DNA of 58,774 bases, filler included, from Asterionella formosa (taxonomy: Eukaryota): assembly GCA_002256025.1 (NCBI GenBank). It is 4 parts of 4 records of this genome, joined end to end, with 100 filler letters (N's around TTAATTAATTAA, not from the genome) between each part and the next. Parts side by side here need not be neighbours in the genome. Positions count along the whole stretch, not along the records: positions 44,174 to 58,774 come from NKIB01005894.1; 3 more parts are not named here. One strand, written 5' to 3'. The notes under the pieces are model-generated. The model did no database searches, was not told where the DNA came from, and was given only the letters and a program-made list of their open reading frames with translations. The translations under genes were made by a program, and so were the position numbers. Numbering within the stretch: position 1 is the first letter of the stretch; every line of letters begins with the position of its first letter. This document shows positions 46,328 to 58,774 of the stretch, piece by piece.

Positions 46328-49212
46328 TAATTAAATTAAAGTAAACAAGATGGACAAGGTGAAAACAGAAGGTGGGGATGCCGCCACGAAGGTTGACAAG
46401 GACTCTGGCATTGATGCCAAGAAAAGAGGTCGCTTCAACTTCGGAAATAACACCAGGCATCCCGGACACCAGCCGCAACGAAATTCGAAGGCAAATGCAA
46501 TGAACTAAAAGGAAATGTGTATGACTGCTCGGATATGAAGCAAGTAGATCTATTTGCGAAGACGACAAAGGAGATCGCAGGCTTTGTAGGGCGCACCTAC
46601 AAATATGGTGGTGACATTTGATTGGTGGTTGATAACCTTGAGATGGTCAGCATCACTACACCAAAGGATCCACCAAAGCATTCTACCCGCACAGACAAAC
46701 GAATCTGGGAGAAAGAAGTGGATGAGTTCGTAAAGAGGTCAACATACCTCAAAGAAAACATTAAGACACTATACTCCCTTGTATGGGGGCAATGCACGGA
46801 CATAATGCGCCAGAAGGTTGAGGCCATGGACATATATGAGACAATGTCTAGGGAAGGTTATGGTCTGACTCTCCTTAAAGTTATCAAGGATGTCAACTAT
46901 AACTTCCAAAGCCAGAAATACCTGCCTCACTCCCTCTACAAATCCAAGTGCAGGTTCTATATGTGTATTCAGGGATGAAACATGACAACACAGGTCTACC
47001 TGGAACACTTTCAGAACATGTTGGATGTTATCAATCACAGCGGAGGGACCATTGCTGGTGACTCTGGAATCGAGACCACGATTCTGAATGGAAAGACAAT
47101 CAATAAGGCGAACATGAATGACCAACAGCTAACTGAACTCAAGTCAGAGGTACTCGAGCAATTCACAGCGGTAGCATTCCTAGTAGGAGCTGATCGTGTA
47201 CGCTACAGCCATCTGGTTGAAAATATGGAAAACGACTTTTTACAAGGATGGAACAACTACCCCAAGACTGTCAGTGGAGCCTACCACCTACTAACAACCT
47301 GGAAGCAGGATCCACGACATGCGCTCCGCAAAGTAGAGGCAGTTGGCGATGGTGTATCCTTTTACAATGTGGATGACGAAGACGGAACAACACTCAACAA
47401 TAACAGCAAGAATGGTGCGCGGAAAAGGCCAAAAGGCAAGGCAAACATCATGTGCCACCGCTGCCAAAAGAAGGGGCACTATGCCAAGGAATGTGAGGAG
47501 CCTGCACCTGTCCCTAGGAATTCGACTACTAGCAATCCTCCCACAGCTGAAACATCAACCCAGTCCGCCACGTGCATGAGCGGGAATTCGAGGAAAATGT
47601 CCACTTCCGATTTTTAAATCAAGGAGGAGTGAGTCTAAAGATTGGGCCCGATGGAAGGCTACCACGTACATGGATACTGTTAGACAACCAGTCAACAGTT
47701 GATTTGTTCCGGCATTAACTCTTACGCAACATCCGTATCCACACCAATAAGATGGATATCCACTGCAATGCTGGTATAATCAGCACCCAACTCATAGGAG
47801 ACCTTCATGGACACGGAACAGTATGGTACAACCCAAAGGGGATCGCGAACATCCTGTCCCTTGCAAGTGTCAAAGAGCAGGGATACAGGGTAAAATTTAA
47901 TAGCAGCCAGGGCAATGCATTCCATGTTCACAAACCCAATGGAACCTGTTGAGTGTTCAAAGAATCAATGAAAGGCCTATATTACATGGATACAAAGGAT
48001 AGCTCTGGAGTCACACTTATCAATACAGTCGACAATAACAGTACTAGCTACTCCCAACGTGACTACTCACAAGCTGTGCTAGCTCAAAAGATACAGAAGA
48101 TTATTGGACGTCCCAGTACCTGCACATTCATCAAGATTTTCGAGAACAACCTGTTCCCAAACTGCCCAATCACATGCGATGACATTATAGCGGCAGAACG
48201 AACCTTTGGACCAGAGGTGGGTTCGCTAAAAGGGAAGACAGTACATCGTAGTTCAGTGCCAGTCAGGACTAGCTCTACCAACATACCCGCCAGGGTTATC
48301 GATAAATACCATATGGTGACACTTGCAGGTGACATCATGTTTGTCAAGAGTATGCCCTTCCTCGCTACCATATCAAGACACATCAAATTTAGCACATATG
48401 AGCTCCTTGAAAACCAACGGCTACCAACAATAATCAAATCCATTGACAATGTGCGCAAGCTCTACAAAAAATGAGGATTCCACATCGAAACAATCATCAT
48501 GGATGGACAATTCGATGGACTGCGGGCCAACTTAGCCGAAATGGGAATAACACTCAACAGTTCCGCAAATGACGAGCATGTCCCTGAGGTTGAACGCCAC
48601 ATTCGCACACTTAAAGAAAGAGTGCGATCTGTCTACAACATGTTACCATTTGCCAAAATGCCAGCCCATATGATTATCGAGCTTGTCTATTATTGTGGGT
48701 TCTGGCTAAATAGTTTTCCAGCCCACGGTGGAATATCTCCAACTCTCAGCCCACAGACTATAATTGCAGGCATGACTATTGATTACAACCATCACTGCAA
48801 ACTTGAGTTTGGAACATATGCAAAAGTCCATGAGGAACACGATAACAGCATGACTGCATGCACGGTTGGAGCCATTGCCCTGCGCCCAACAGGAAATCAC
48901 CAGGGAGGGCACTTTTTTTTCAGTCTAAGCACAGGTCGCATCCTAAACCGCAACCACTGGACTGTGCTGCCAATGCCCACTGATGTCATCGATCGTGTTC
49001 ACAAGATGTCACGTCGGGATGAAGCTGAAATCACCCTATACTTTGCTACAAAACGCGGTCCAATTGGAGATGAGATACAAGACAATGTTGACGATGACAC
49101 CTTTGATCATCCAGCCAACAATGACAACACTGACGAGAATGACGACGATGATGCCGCCCCCGTTCACATCGTAGGAGTGAATGATGAACCAAAAGATGAC
49201 AATAGCGATGTA

Positions 49213-49470
49213 GAAGGTGGAGACGAATACAACCCCGATATCATCGAAAATGAACCACAAGGTGGTGACGAATACAACCCCGATATCATCGAAAATGAAC
49301 CACACGAAGGGCATGAAGGGAATGACAAAGACAATGAACCACACGAAGGACATGAAGGGAACGACGACGACAATCTCGAAGCCACCGATATCATCGAAAA
49401 TGAACCACATGAAGGGAATGACGAAGACAATGAACCACACTAAAGACAAGAAGGGAACGACAAAAAGGGA
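49213..49470 (+). repeat. Coding tandem repeats in the integrase-RT spacer
   Basis: GGDEYNPDIIENEP x2 (45-bp period) and several HEG(HEG)ND-DNEP units. Confidence 0.85.
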
Positions 49471-51327
49471 ACGACAAAGACAATCCCGAAGCCACCAAAC
49501 CAGGCAACAGACTAAACGAAAACACTGCCAAACCCAACAATGAAGAAGAAGTCGACGAGGAACCCACTAGTATCGAACAACGGATTCAACAAATGAACGC
49601 CGCATATGGCCATAGACAGCACCAATATGATCTACGGGCTCGGAAGCCTTGCGAATACAGCCACCTGCATGCCACATTGAAAGGCATTTTCATGACCCAA
49701 CACAACGTAAAGAAAGGGCTACAAGTATTCGGTGAGGCCGGTGTGGAGGCTGTGCTTAAGGAATTGAACCAATTACATGAACGTGGAGTACTCGAACCTA
49801 CAAAAACTTTGTCACACGAACAGCGCAGGGAGGCGCTGCAATACCTTATGTTTCTGAAACAAAAACGCAACGGAACAATGAAGGGTCATGGCTGTGCTGA
49901 TGGTCGGAAGCAACTTCAGCACACAATCAAGGAAGAAGCTAGCTCTCCAACTATTGCAATTGAATCAGTCATGTTGTCATGCGTGGTTGATGCACTAGAA
50001 GAGCGAGACGTAGCCACAGTTGATATTCCTGGTGCATTCATGCAAGCTGACATGGATGACCTAGTCCATATGAAGCTTGAAGCGGAGCTCCTGGTGCGCA
50101 TTGACCCTCAACTATATCGCCAACATATGCAAATCGAACGAGTAAAACAAGTACTATATGTTGAACTAAGGCAGGCGCTGTATGGCACCCTCAAGGCGGC
50201 ACTACTTTTCTGGAGACGACTCAGCTCCCAGCTTGGCAAGTGGGGATTTGATCTAAACCCATATGACTCATATGTGATGAACAAAGTCATTGACGGGAAG
50301 CAGTGCACAGTATTATGGCATGTTGATGATCTCAAAATATCGCACGTGGATGCAGCTGTGGTCAGCAAGGTAATTGACCTACTCAAGACTGAAATCAGGG
50401 CCGCAGCACCACTCACAAAAACGCGCGGAAAGATTCATGAATTTCTTGGAATGAATATCAACTTCAATGAAAAAGGGAACGTTCAATACACAATGATTGA
50501 CTACATTAAAGAGATGATGAATGACTTACCACCAGACATGTATGGAATTCCACCAAATCCGGCTGGAAAGCACCTATTCGATGTTAATGACAAAACTACT
50601 AAACTTGATGTAAAAACGGCCGAGCTATACCACCACAAGACTGCTAAGCTGCTGTTCCTATGCAAACGAGCACGTCCTGACATACAAACTGCAGTCGCAT
50701 TCCTATGCACTAGGGTTAAAAGTCCCGACAAAGATGACTACAAAAAGTTGACCCACACCATAAGGTACCTATGTGGATCAATAAACATGCCCCTCACCCT
50801 GGAGGCAAACAACACCCGAATTATCAAATGGTGGGGGGATGCGTCATTTGCGGTTCACCCAGACATGCGAAGTCATACAGAGGGTGCCATGTCAAGGGGC
50901 AAAGGCATCATTTATGGGACATCCACATGACAGAAGCTAAACACAAAAAGCTCAACTGAGGGGGAACTGGTTGGTGTCAATGATATCATGCCCCAGGTGT
51001 TATGGACCAGAGATTTTCTGGAGGCACAGGGATATGATGTACAGGAATCTGTTATATATCAAGATAACCAAAGTACTATGCTGCTAGCAATGAATGGAAC
51101 AGCTTCAAGCAGCCGTCGAACACGCCATGTTAATATTCGATATTTCTTTGTGGCAGACCGGGTCGCATCAGGGGAAGTCAAGATAGAACTCTGTCCAACT
51201 GCGCAAATGCTAGGCGATTATTTTGCAAAGCCCTTGCAAGGGAGTCTATTCCGCACGATGCAAAACATGATCATGAATGTTAATCCTACATCAGACCACA
51301 CTTATGTCATGCAGGATTATAGGATTG

Positions 51328-51611
51328 TGTTGAATATGTGTAACAGACATGTTGGTAACGGTTACACCAATTACACCGATACTGACAATAACCGCACCGA
51401 CCACGCCGGCGTGCAAACTAACGAACAAGGCTGAACTGCGGTTGAACCAAGAAAGATCAGGACTAGAAATACAGTGTTTGGTACCAGCGAAATTGGCTCA
51501 CTTTAATTTAATTATTCGGTTTTATAAACAATACCCTCCCAGTGTGCTCACTCCATCGGATTCGTTTTTTCATGGACACGGAGATGTATTGAGAACATTG
51601 TGGTTTCAACA
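51328..51611 (+). repeat. 3' LTR of Copia C (284 bp)
   Basis: TGTTGAA...TTCAACA, preceded by the PPT-position sequence CAGGATTATAGGATTG. Confidence 0.95.
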
Positions 51612-52059
51612 CGGAGTAACAAGGTATAATGTGTGGTTGATGAGAGCTTGGTACATCAAAGATGACTCATTCGAATCGTTTGACTCCGAGTCATAACTAC
51701 GTAGATGAGCTCACTTTAACATCATGATAGTTGTCCTACTTGCCAAGACCATTTGATTTTGGATCAGATGTGGAGGGATGTAAGGATAGCATCTTCTGTT
51801 AATAATAATAAACTTGAGAAAGCAAAAGGAGTCATCTATAATTTAGTTACGGAAATATTCTATCATTAATAGAAATTGTTATTGATTTGCTACATATTTA
51901 GTCAAAAAATGTTATCATCAATCCCCTGGACTTACTCATCATGCATTTTCGGACACTTTTATGCAAAAAGTGTCGGTGAACAACATTAATACAACCTTCT
52001 GGGCGAGGATATGCTGGGATCTTGGAAGAGCAGAGAAACCATGGATGTCATGTTCCTTT

Positions 52060-55000
52060 AAAAAGGTCATAACTTTCGTTCTAATGCAACAGTAATGATG
52101 GAATCTAGGAGTGTTTGAAAACAACAAAGGAAGTTGTTATGACAGGATCCTTGTAAAATCGGCAATGTTGTGTTCACAACTTCTGGTAGTACCCAAGGAG
52201 GCAATTTCAGCACACTCAGAAACGTTACGTTCAATGAGATGTTCCATCAAGATAGCCTATGGCATTTCAGACAACCACTACAAAGGAAGTAAGACAGAAC
52301 CATTGGCAGGTACAGGCCAAGGCAGCGGAGCATCACCAGCAGTATTGCTCTCGATTTGTAGAGTGCTCCTGAAATCATATGTGGGAAACAAGACCAAGAA
52401 TTGTATCAGATTCCAAGATCCAACTAGATCCATACACTCAAGGAGACGTGCAGACGCATTTTGGGAGGACACATCTATAGGTTTCAACTGGAGTACAAAT
52501 AGGCCTGCAATGAACATAACCTTCATAATGAAAACGCTGTCAGAATGTGCACAGCTGTGGGAGACAGACACTATTATTTGCATCCAGAGGAGTATTAGAA
52601 CTTTCAAAACGTTACTACCAACTGATTCATTGGAGGTGGGACAATCTAGGATAACCTAGGATCTTCCAACTACGTAGAGATTCCAAAAGCCCAGACAAAA
52701 CGTACGAGATTTCCTTGGGCAAATACGCACCATTGGAAGCACGAACAGTAAGGGAAACAAATAAACACAGTCCAACGGGCCAATGGACCGATGAAGCAGA
52801 AAGATTACAAATGAAAAGCAATGTTCATGTGGTGCTCGCTTCTCATAAACTTGGGAGGAACGATGCAATCATTCAGGCTCATCGAATCATTTGGGCAGCA
52901 CAGATGATATACTCTATGCCAATCAAAAGTCTGTCAACCAAGCAACTAGAAAATGTCCAAAAGAAGGCAAGACAGGCAAGTTTTGGCAAATGGCCGGGTT
53001 CACCAAAAAATACTTCAAAGCAATTGTACATAGTCCAACAGACAAAGGGTGTAATCCTGCAGAAACGATGAACATATTATGAGTCTTCACAAATCAAGGG
53101 GAAAGTGCATACAAGCTCTTTCACATCAATGCATGTAGGATGTACTTGCAAGAAGTCTCCACAATCTCAATTATAGCCATGGCAGATGGAACAGAATTCG
53201 TTCGGAAATTCTAGAATGCGGCCGACTCCCAGATAGACACTCCAGATGAGAGTGGCCGAGGCAACCAGTGCCAACATAAATGCAGCAACAAGACTGAAAA
53301 GACACCATAAATAAGCAGCTGATCACACAAGGATCAAAGAAGCTTAGGCAGTTGAAGCAAGATTTGGGCAGTTGGCACTCGGAATTTTCAATGGAATGGA
53401 CTACGAAATTAAACATCCTACTAACAAAGACACTTTGGAAATCTTCCCGGAGCAGAAAAAATGGTCATCCCACAGAAACATTTCTATACAGCCAAGTAGT
53501 TTTAAGTTCGACAGCGACAGGGGAAGACAGAACAAGAAACAGACGGCCCCTTCCCCCAACCAGAAATTCGCCTTTGCAATCTGCTGAGAATAGGGAGGGT
53601 CCAATATAGACAAACAACAAGCAAGGAAAGAGGCAAGATTAGAGGGAAATCCCCAGTTTCAAGATATAGAGAGAGGAGCTTCCCCATTATCATCTGAGGC
53701 TGTTGGAACACCTATACTACATGGCACCATTGAGTAGAGAGAGACTATTTCAGCATCTACGCACAACTGGGACTCAAAATCAATATGGCCACTGACAGCT
53801 CCATGACATCTGATGGTAGATGCTCCTTTGGATGGTGCTTAAACCTGTCAAAGACTCCATAAAACTACAAGAAGCACAGTGGCAGTCTGATCTGGTCCTG
53901 CGGATAAAGCGACAAATTCAAATAGCTCAATGAGAGCGGAACTGTTTGGCATAGCATCCAGCCTCCTCTTTCTCACCACATTTATAGCCTTCCATAAGAT
54001 TGAAACCAACTTGGTGGTACACATCTGGAGTGATAGCAATTTTCTGACATGAAAAAAGCACCCAGACAGGCCCCCAGCAAATGCAGAAATAGTCTCATCG
54101 ATTTCGGCTCTCATGAAGAAGCTGCCAATCACTATGAAAATTCTGTGGATCACAGCCCATCAGGATGACCTCCAACCAAAGCCTATTTCATATGAAGCAG
54201 AAATGAACGTGAAAACAGACCAATTAGCACCCACTTATCTGCAACACAAAACAGAGAAAGATGGAGGTCCCCTAAATAATTCGTGACATTTTTCTAGCAA
54301 TGCATGCAAGTCTCATAGCAAATGGTAAGAGGATTCACAGTTACGCAGAAATTAATATATGAAATGAAGAACAGAAAAGGAAATATGATCGATACTTCAA
54401 AAATAAATATGCTCTCGAAACAGATACACTGACTGCTGTTGACAGTGGCTTCGCCATCATTGGATGAAGAGGCAAAAACGTATGAGAATTCACTCACCAC
54501 ATACTCTTTGTCACTACTGTCTTCATTGTAATTCTTTTTCTTTGAAGAACTCATGTCGAATCAGAGGTGCTTTTCCGGTATACAAGAAGTACAAGGTAAA
54601 CAACTGCAAACAATCAATAGATTTGGTTGTGCATTTACTTCTCTTGAAGATTCGCTGCATGTAGTAGGTACACATGCGTGGTTGCAGGGAAGCATTTGAC
54701 AGAAAAGATTGCTATCACTTAATTATCCTGCTGCTATCTAAATGAATCCAAGTTTTGATAGAGAACACAAAAATACGACAGATGCTATTGTGTGGATTGA
54801 TGTACATCTTATATTTTGGGAAAATACAGACCAGGATGGCCTGAATTGATTGGGAAGGATTAGCAGGAGCATACAAGAAACAAGGAGATGGAGACAGGAA
54901 AACATTTCTTGCATGCTGGTTGGCTCCCATGTGGATAAAGACGCCAAATGCTGTCAGATGATCATAGAGATTCATGTCCACACTGGGTCTCCAATAAAAC

Positions 55001-55600
55001 AATTAACATATGTGATCTTGTAGAGATTCGAAAGTATCCTAATCTCAGAACCTTAGATTATCCGCCTAAAAGTCGGCTATCACGCACAAAGCTACAAATA
55101 GAACGAGAAGTCTCACAAATCTGGTTCAAATATCTGAAACACCTAGCTACTGCAAGGAAAAGAGGGAGAGTTCCGACCGAAACTCTTGGCCCAGCTACCG
55201 GAGGTAAAAAGAGAGGCAATTTTAGAGGCGGTGGAGTACCAGAATGATCTGGGCACCAAGTTACCCTTAAGAGGATACATGAGTATCAAGTGGAGAAGAT
55301 AAATATGTACCACTCACACTGCAGACAAGATACAACAGGACCAGGCCATCAGATGGACGAGTTTCATAAATGCGCATCTCTGAAAACCAACACATGGGGC
55401 ATGGTTGGAACGGAATGAGAAAGATCTATTCAAGATACAGACACTTGTTCAGTACTGAACTGGAAAATCTTCTGACCTCGAGAACTTCAAAAAAGAAAGG
55501 TTTTTGAAGAAGGCAGAAATCCTAATGAAAGCCTCAAGTGAGCAGGCGGCTACAGGTCAAACAAAAATGAATAATCTTTTCCCAGATGTTGTTAGGTAGC
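52060..55600 (+). mobile_element. Decayed, 5'-truncated non-LTR retrotransposon with RT and RNase H (Ambal-like)
   Basis: RT motifs CYDRI and GTGQGSGASP. RNase H fragments TDSS..GRCSFGW, NSSMRAELFG, WITAHQD and N..DQLA (~53780-54240). IDWEG and a CPH zinc-finger remnant near 54850-55010. Many frameshifts; boundaries approximate. Confidence 0.78.
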
Positions 55601-57081
55601 AGAGCATGAGACACTCCAGCACTAGTAAATCGGCAAAACAAACATTAAAGCAAACAACATTACAAATCCAGACCCTAGAACCCCATGTTGGAAATGTGCA
55701 ATTCAGGGAAAAAGAAAAGAAGACATATGAAACAAATATTAATCATTTACTGTCTCTGTTGTTGTTGTTACTTTTTTCAAATCACCTTGTATTTGTAATC
55801 CAATAAGATCATCAATTCCAATTTAAGGTATGCCTAGCTTGTTTTGGACATTCCCAGACAGCATAAAAGGTGGACCTTCATTTGGACCAAAAAACTCATT
55901 TGTTGCGAAACCCATTACAATATAAAGAGAATCCATTTAAGGTTAATAGCGACTATCTTTAATGCTATATTCTTTTACAACTGTTCAAATTAATTTAGCT
56001 ACTTTAACAAAAAATGAATACATTATAGAGTTCAATAGAAATATCGAATTTCTGAAGATGTTTGAATCATCTGCTGGTGGTTCTCGAGCCCCAGCTTTGA
56101 CTTCATCGCAATTCACCATTCCTTTACCAGTCAGAGTAAATTGGAGCACTAAGATCGAGTTTAAAGTGAAGCACTGCAACGACAGAAGCAAAAGCACGGT
56201 TGAGAAGAAATAGCATGCAAGCAAGAACATACAACAAAAACAAAGCCTTCAAAAACTCGGAGAACTAACATCATTTTGCATGTAAAAACCGTCGCTGGAT
56301 GTTTCCTTTTCAATCACTCAACAATTCGCAGATCCTTCAATTAAATAGAAGGATAACTGAGAGAGGAGAGAGAGATGGTGTTTCTAAAGCACTCCTGAAG
56401 TGGATAGAATCATGATGATGACAGTCAGGTGAGAAGTAATGCACAAACAATTTTTTAGCTCAGTCCAAGAAAGTGGAAGGACATAAATAATATGGCATGA
56501 ACTAATTTCAATTCCTCAAACATGGCACCTCGCCTATGATTGTGCGCGTTCCCTGTTCATCAGCTAGAGAGCGATGTGAACTAGAGCACTAAGATAAGCA
56601 AAGGTTGGGCTGATGCACATCATTGTAAAGGATATGAAATGACTTGCAGGTATTACTTTTGTGATGCTAATAAAGAGCATTGGCTCAGTAATGTCCCAGT
56701 ATGCATATATGCATGCTGTACACTTGTCTCAGTGCTGAATAATTTGAGCGGCATGATATGCCAGCCAGAAAAATTGCCAATACCTTTTTTTGAAATTTTT
56801 GAAAGTGTACAATACTGGATGATCATATGCTTCAAAAATGACGGTTCTATATAATCAATTTGCATTCCTGTGATGATGTCATAGGTACCCTTGACCGGAT
56901 TGGAATTGCAAAATATTGTCACCTTGTTTTCCACTGGGAAAGAAACAAAGCCCAAGAATACAGGGACAACCTCTTATTGGGTGAAATTTCCACGCCAAAT
57001 TAAGGAACAACTTGAATTTTTGGAGTGATATCCAGAGTTGTTACCACCTTGCATTGGACTTGATGCATTAGCCTTCTTTCC

Positions 57082-57275
57082 CCAATACAAGGTGAACCTT
57101 GTATTGGAATGACGTATTACCTTGTTGTATTGGACAAAAATACCTTGTATTGGGAAAATAAAACATCAAATGACCAATAACTACCTTGTACTGGAAAACT
57201 ATTTGTCTCCCAATACAAGGTATGCCTGGATTTGGAGGGCCACAAACCGGTTGAAAACAAACTACCAAAAATTGC
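57082..57275. repeat. Cluster of CAATACAAGGT motifs in both orientations, probably the subterminal region of a DNA transposon
   Basis: 12-bp hairpin 57082-57107, with further copies near 57141, 57182 and 57210. The adjacent TACAAGGTATGCCT...AAACCGGTTGAAAACA..TACCAAAAATTG also occurs at ~43036-43091. Confidence 0.6.
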
Positions 57276-57896
57276 CAATGGGGAATTTCGCGTCCTGTTT
57301 AAGGTTGCGGCCCCGCAATTAAACATGGCGAAGTCTATTTCTTCCAAAAAAAATATTCAGATATGATAAGGACCACATTTCTGGAGAGAAGTGGCAGTTA
57401 TCCCCCTAGGAATTTAACTATCCCAAAAAAGGGGCTACAAAGATTTTTCTTCATGAAACCCCATAGATGTAGAGCGATCTTCCTCCAAAAAGTTTACCCA
57501 ATCGGCTTTTTCAACAGTCGCAAAAATAATGGAATCGGAATTTGTACGTGCAAAAACGTTCTTGTAGACTTAGAGTCTTGCGTAGGTATTCTTGCTGAAT
57601 AATTCTATGTCCGAAAAGGATCCAGGGTAAGTTCCCGCGTCACTACACATATTCTGATTGGTTAAATTGAATTTACTCACCTGCTCCAGATTTGCTGAAA
57701 TATTCCGGTCTTGTAAAATCACACCAGCCACACTTGAACCACATACCATTTCATCATGATAGTAACTATGTGCTTATTGTCTATTGCATATTTCCGCAAA
57801 CGTGGAAAGTGAAAAGGCATACTAGGTTTCAACCAATTAAAGTGTACCAGGAGTCTACAGGTGAGTCTGCGTAGGGCTCTGGCCAAGGGGTACCTC

Positions 57897-58774
57897 TGTT
57901 GAAAGGTCTCGTACTCCTTCCCGTCTGACGGGTTCCTCTTACGTAGAACTTACCTGCTATACCACTAGTATTGTTATCTTCTTTCTGCTGCTAGCCTTCG
58001 TGCTAGTTTTCGTTATTGACCTTACTCTGTCAATTCTCACTGTTTCTTAATTATAAGATTAAACTAAAACTAAGTTTCAATCCCATTCATCACACTTCGA
58101 GAACCTGTTCTTCGTGTTCCCTTTTCGTTGATGTAAACCTTCTTCTGATTGATCTAAGACATCAATCTCGTAAGCAAGCTTCTTGACATGGGAACGCACC
58201 ATTTGACTCATTGGACTATAGTCGAGTCCACAGTCCTTGTGACTCATTATAGCCATTGATGCTATATTCTTGACATCCTCCTCGTTACCATGTTCAAGAA
58301 GTTCTAAAATTGTACCACTCAGCACGGGTCCAGATAACCTTGTAAAAATCTGCTCTTTGACATTCTTCGTCAAAATGTCTGCTGGATTGTTTTCTGATCT
58401 TAGAAAAACAATATGCAACTCACCCTCATCTATCATGTTCTTGACATGATGAAACTTAATATCAATGTGTTTTGTTCTTGTTCCAAGTTGTTGATTCTTC
58501 GCTGTGAATATTGCACCTGTATTATCCTCACGTAAAATGCTTGGTAGGATATTTTTGCCACCTGTCACTTCGTTGAGTAACATTGCAATAAATTTAATCT
58601 CTTGAGCACATTGCGACATCGCAACGTATTCTGCTTCTGTGCTTGACAGCGTAACGGATGACTGGCCCTTTGATTGCCAACTGATCAACGCACCACCAAT
58701 GGTAACCAGAAAACCCGTAGTACTTTTCCGGCTTACCTTATTAGCAGCCCAGTCACTATCAACATAAGCAATAA
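57897..58774 (-). mobile_element. Copia family A, 3' end (RNase H, PPT, LTR 58275-57897), cut by the window edge
   Basis: ISWQSKGQSSVTLSSTEAEY, EDN, RTKHIDIKFH and NPADILTK motifs. The LTR differs from 179-557 at only two positions that I could find. Confidence 0.95.

Larger units (their letters stand above)
46045..51611 (+). mobile_element. Full-length, inactivated diatom-type Copia element (family C) with 5-bp TSD CGGAG
   Basis: LTRs at 46045-46327 and 51328-51611; CGGAG at 46040-46044 and 51612-51616. Domain order is gag (ATG 46350, zinc knuckle CHRCQKKGHYAKEC), protease WILLDNQST, integrase (DIMFV, DGQF, EVER), RT (DIPGAF, LYG, HVDD), RNase H (DASF, YQDN). Several stops and frameshifts. 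Confidence 0.96.

Noticed and set aside
46619..50930. UGA recoded as Arg in the Copia ORF
   Set aside because: Frameshifts and a TAA are also present, host genes use TGA as stop, and CpG deamination explains the pattern.
55900..57060. Possible transposase remnant
   Set aside because: No catalytic motif could be read in any frame.
1..58774. Window bracketed by inverted near-identical repeats, suggesting a giant composite element carrying all the genes
   Set aside because: The two ends are Copia 3' ends on different, size-sorted contigs joined by artificial spacers. Their flanks differ and their relative orientation is arbitrary.

Overview
Eukaryotic nuclear DNA, most likely a diatom. Evidence: short GT-AG introns, signal peptides ending in ASAF-like plastid-targeting motifs, diatom-type Copia elements and an Ambal-like non-LTR element. 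The window is not one locus. Three identical 100-bp spacers (44 N + TTAATTAATTAA + 44 N) join four contigs of near-equal, decreasing length (14626, 14625, 14622 and at least 14601 bp), so adjacency across the gaps is artificial. About 16 protein genes are supportable: plastid FBPase, protein kinase, DUF4239-like membrane protein, RCE1 CAAX protease, TPR protein, FAD monooxygenase, Nup205-like nucleoporin, TYW3-TYW2/Trm5 fusion, sarcosine-oxidase-like protein, glutathione peroxidase, permuted papain-like protein, SAP/Tho1 protein, a small targeted protein, DJ-1-like protein, CAF-1 p150 and a partial beta-galactosidase. Mobile DNA comprises three Copia families, a decayed non-LTR element and a pogo-like MITE. 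Most notable: (1) a full-length Copia element (46045-51611, TSD CGGAG) with no tRNA primer-binding site, whose 15 nt after the 5' LTR are exactly complementary to a sequence starting at an initiator-like site inside its own LTR, suggesting Tf1-like self-priming; (2) intergenic TA-CCGG-TA / TA-CCWGG-TA units that look like stacked Tc1/mariner footprints; (3) a GPx with an in-frame UGA at the non-catalytic FPCNQF cysteine; (4) a ~190-nt G-U-rich rod-like hairpin.
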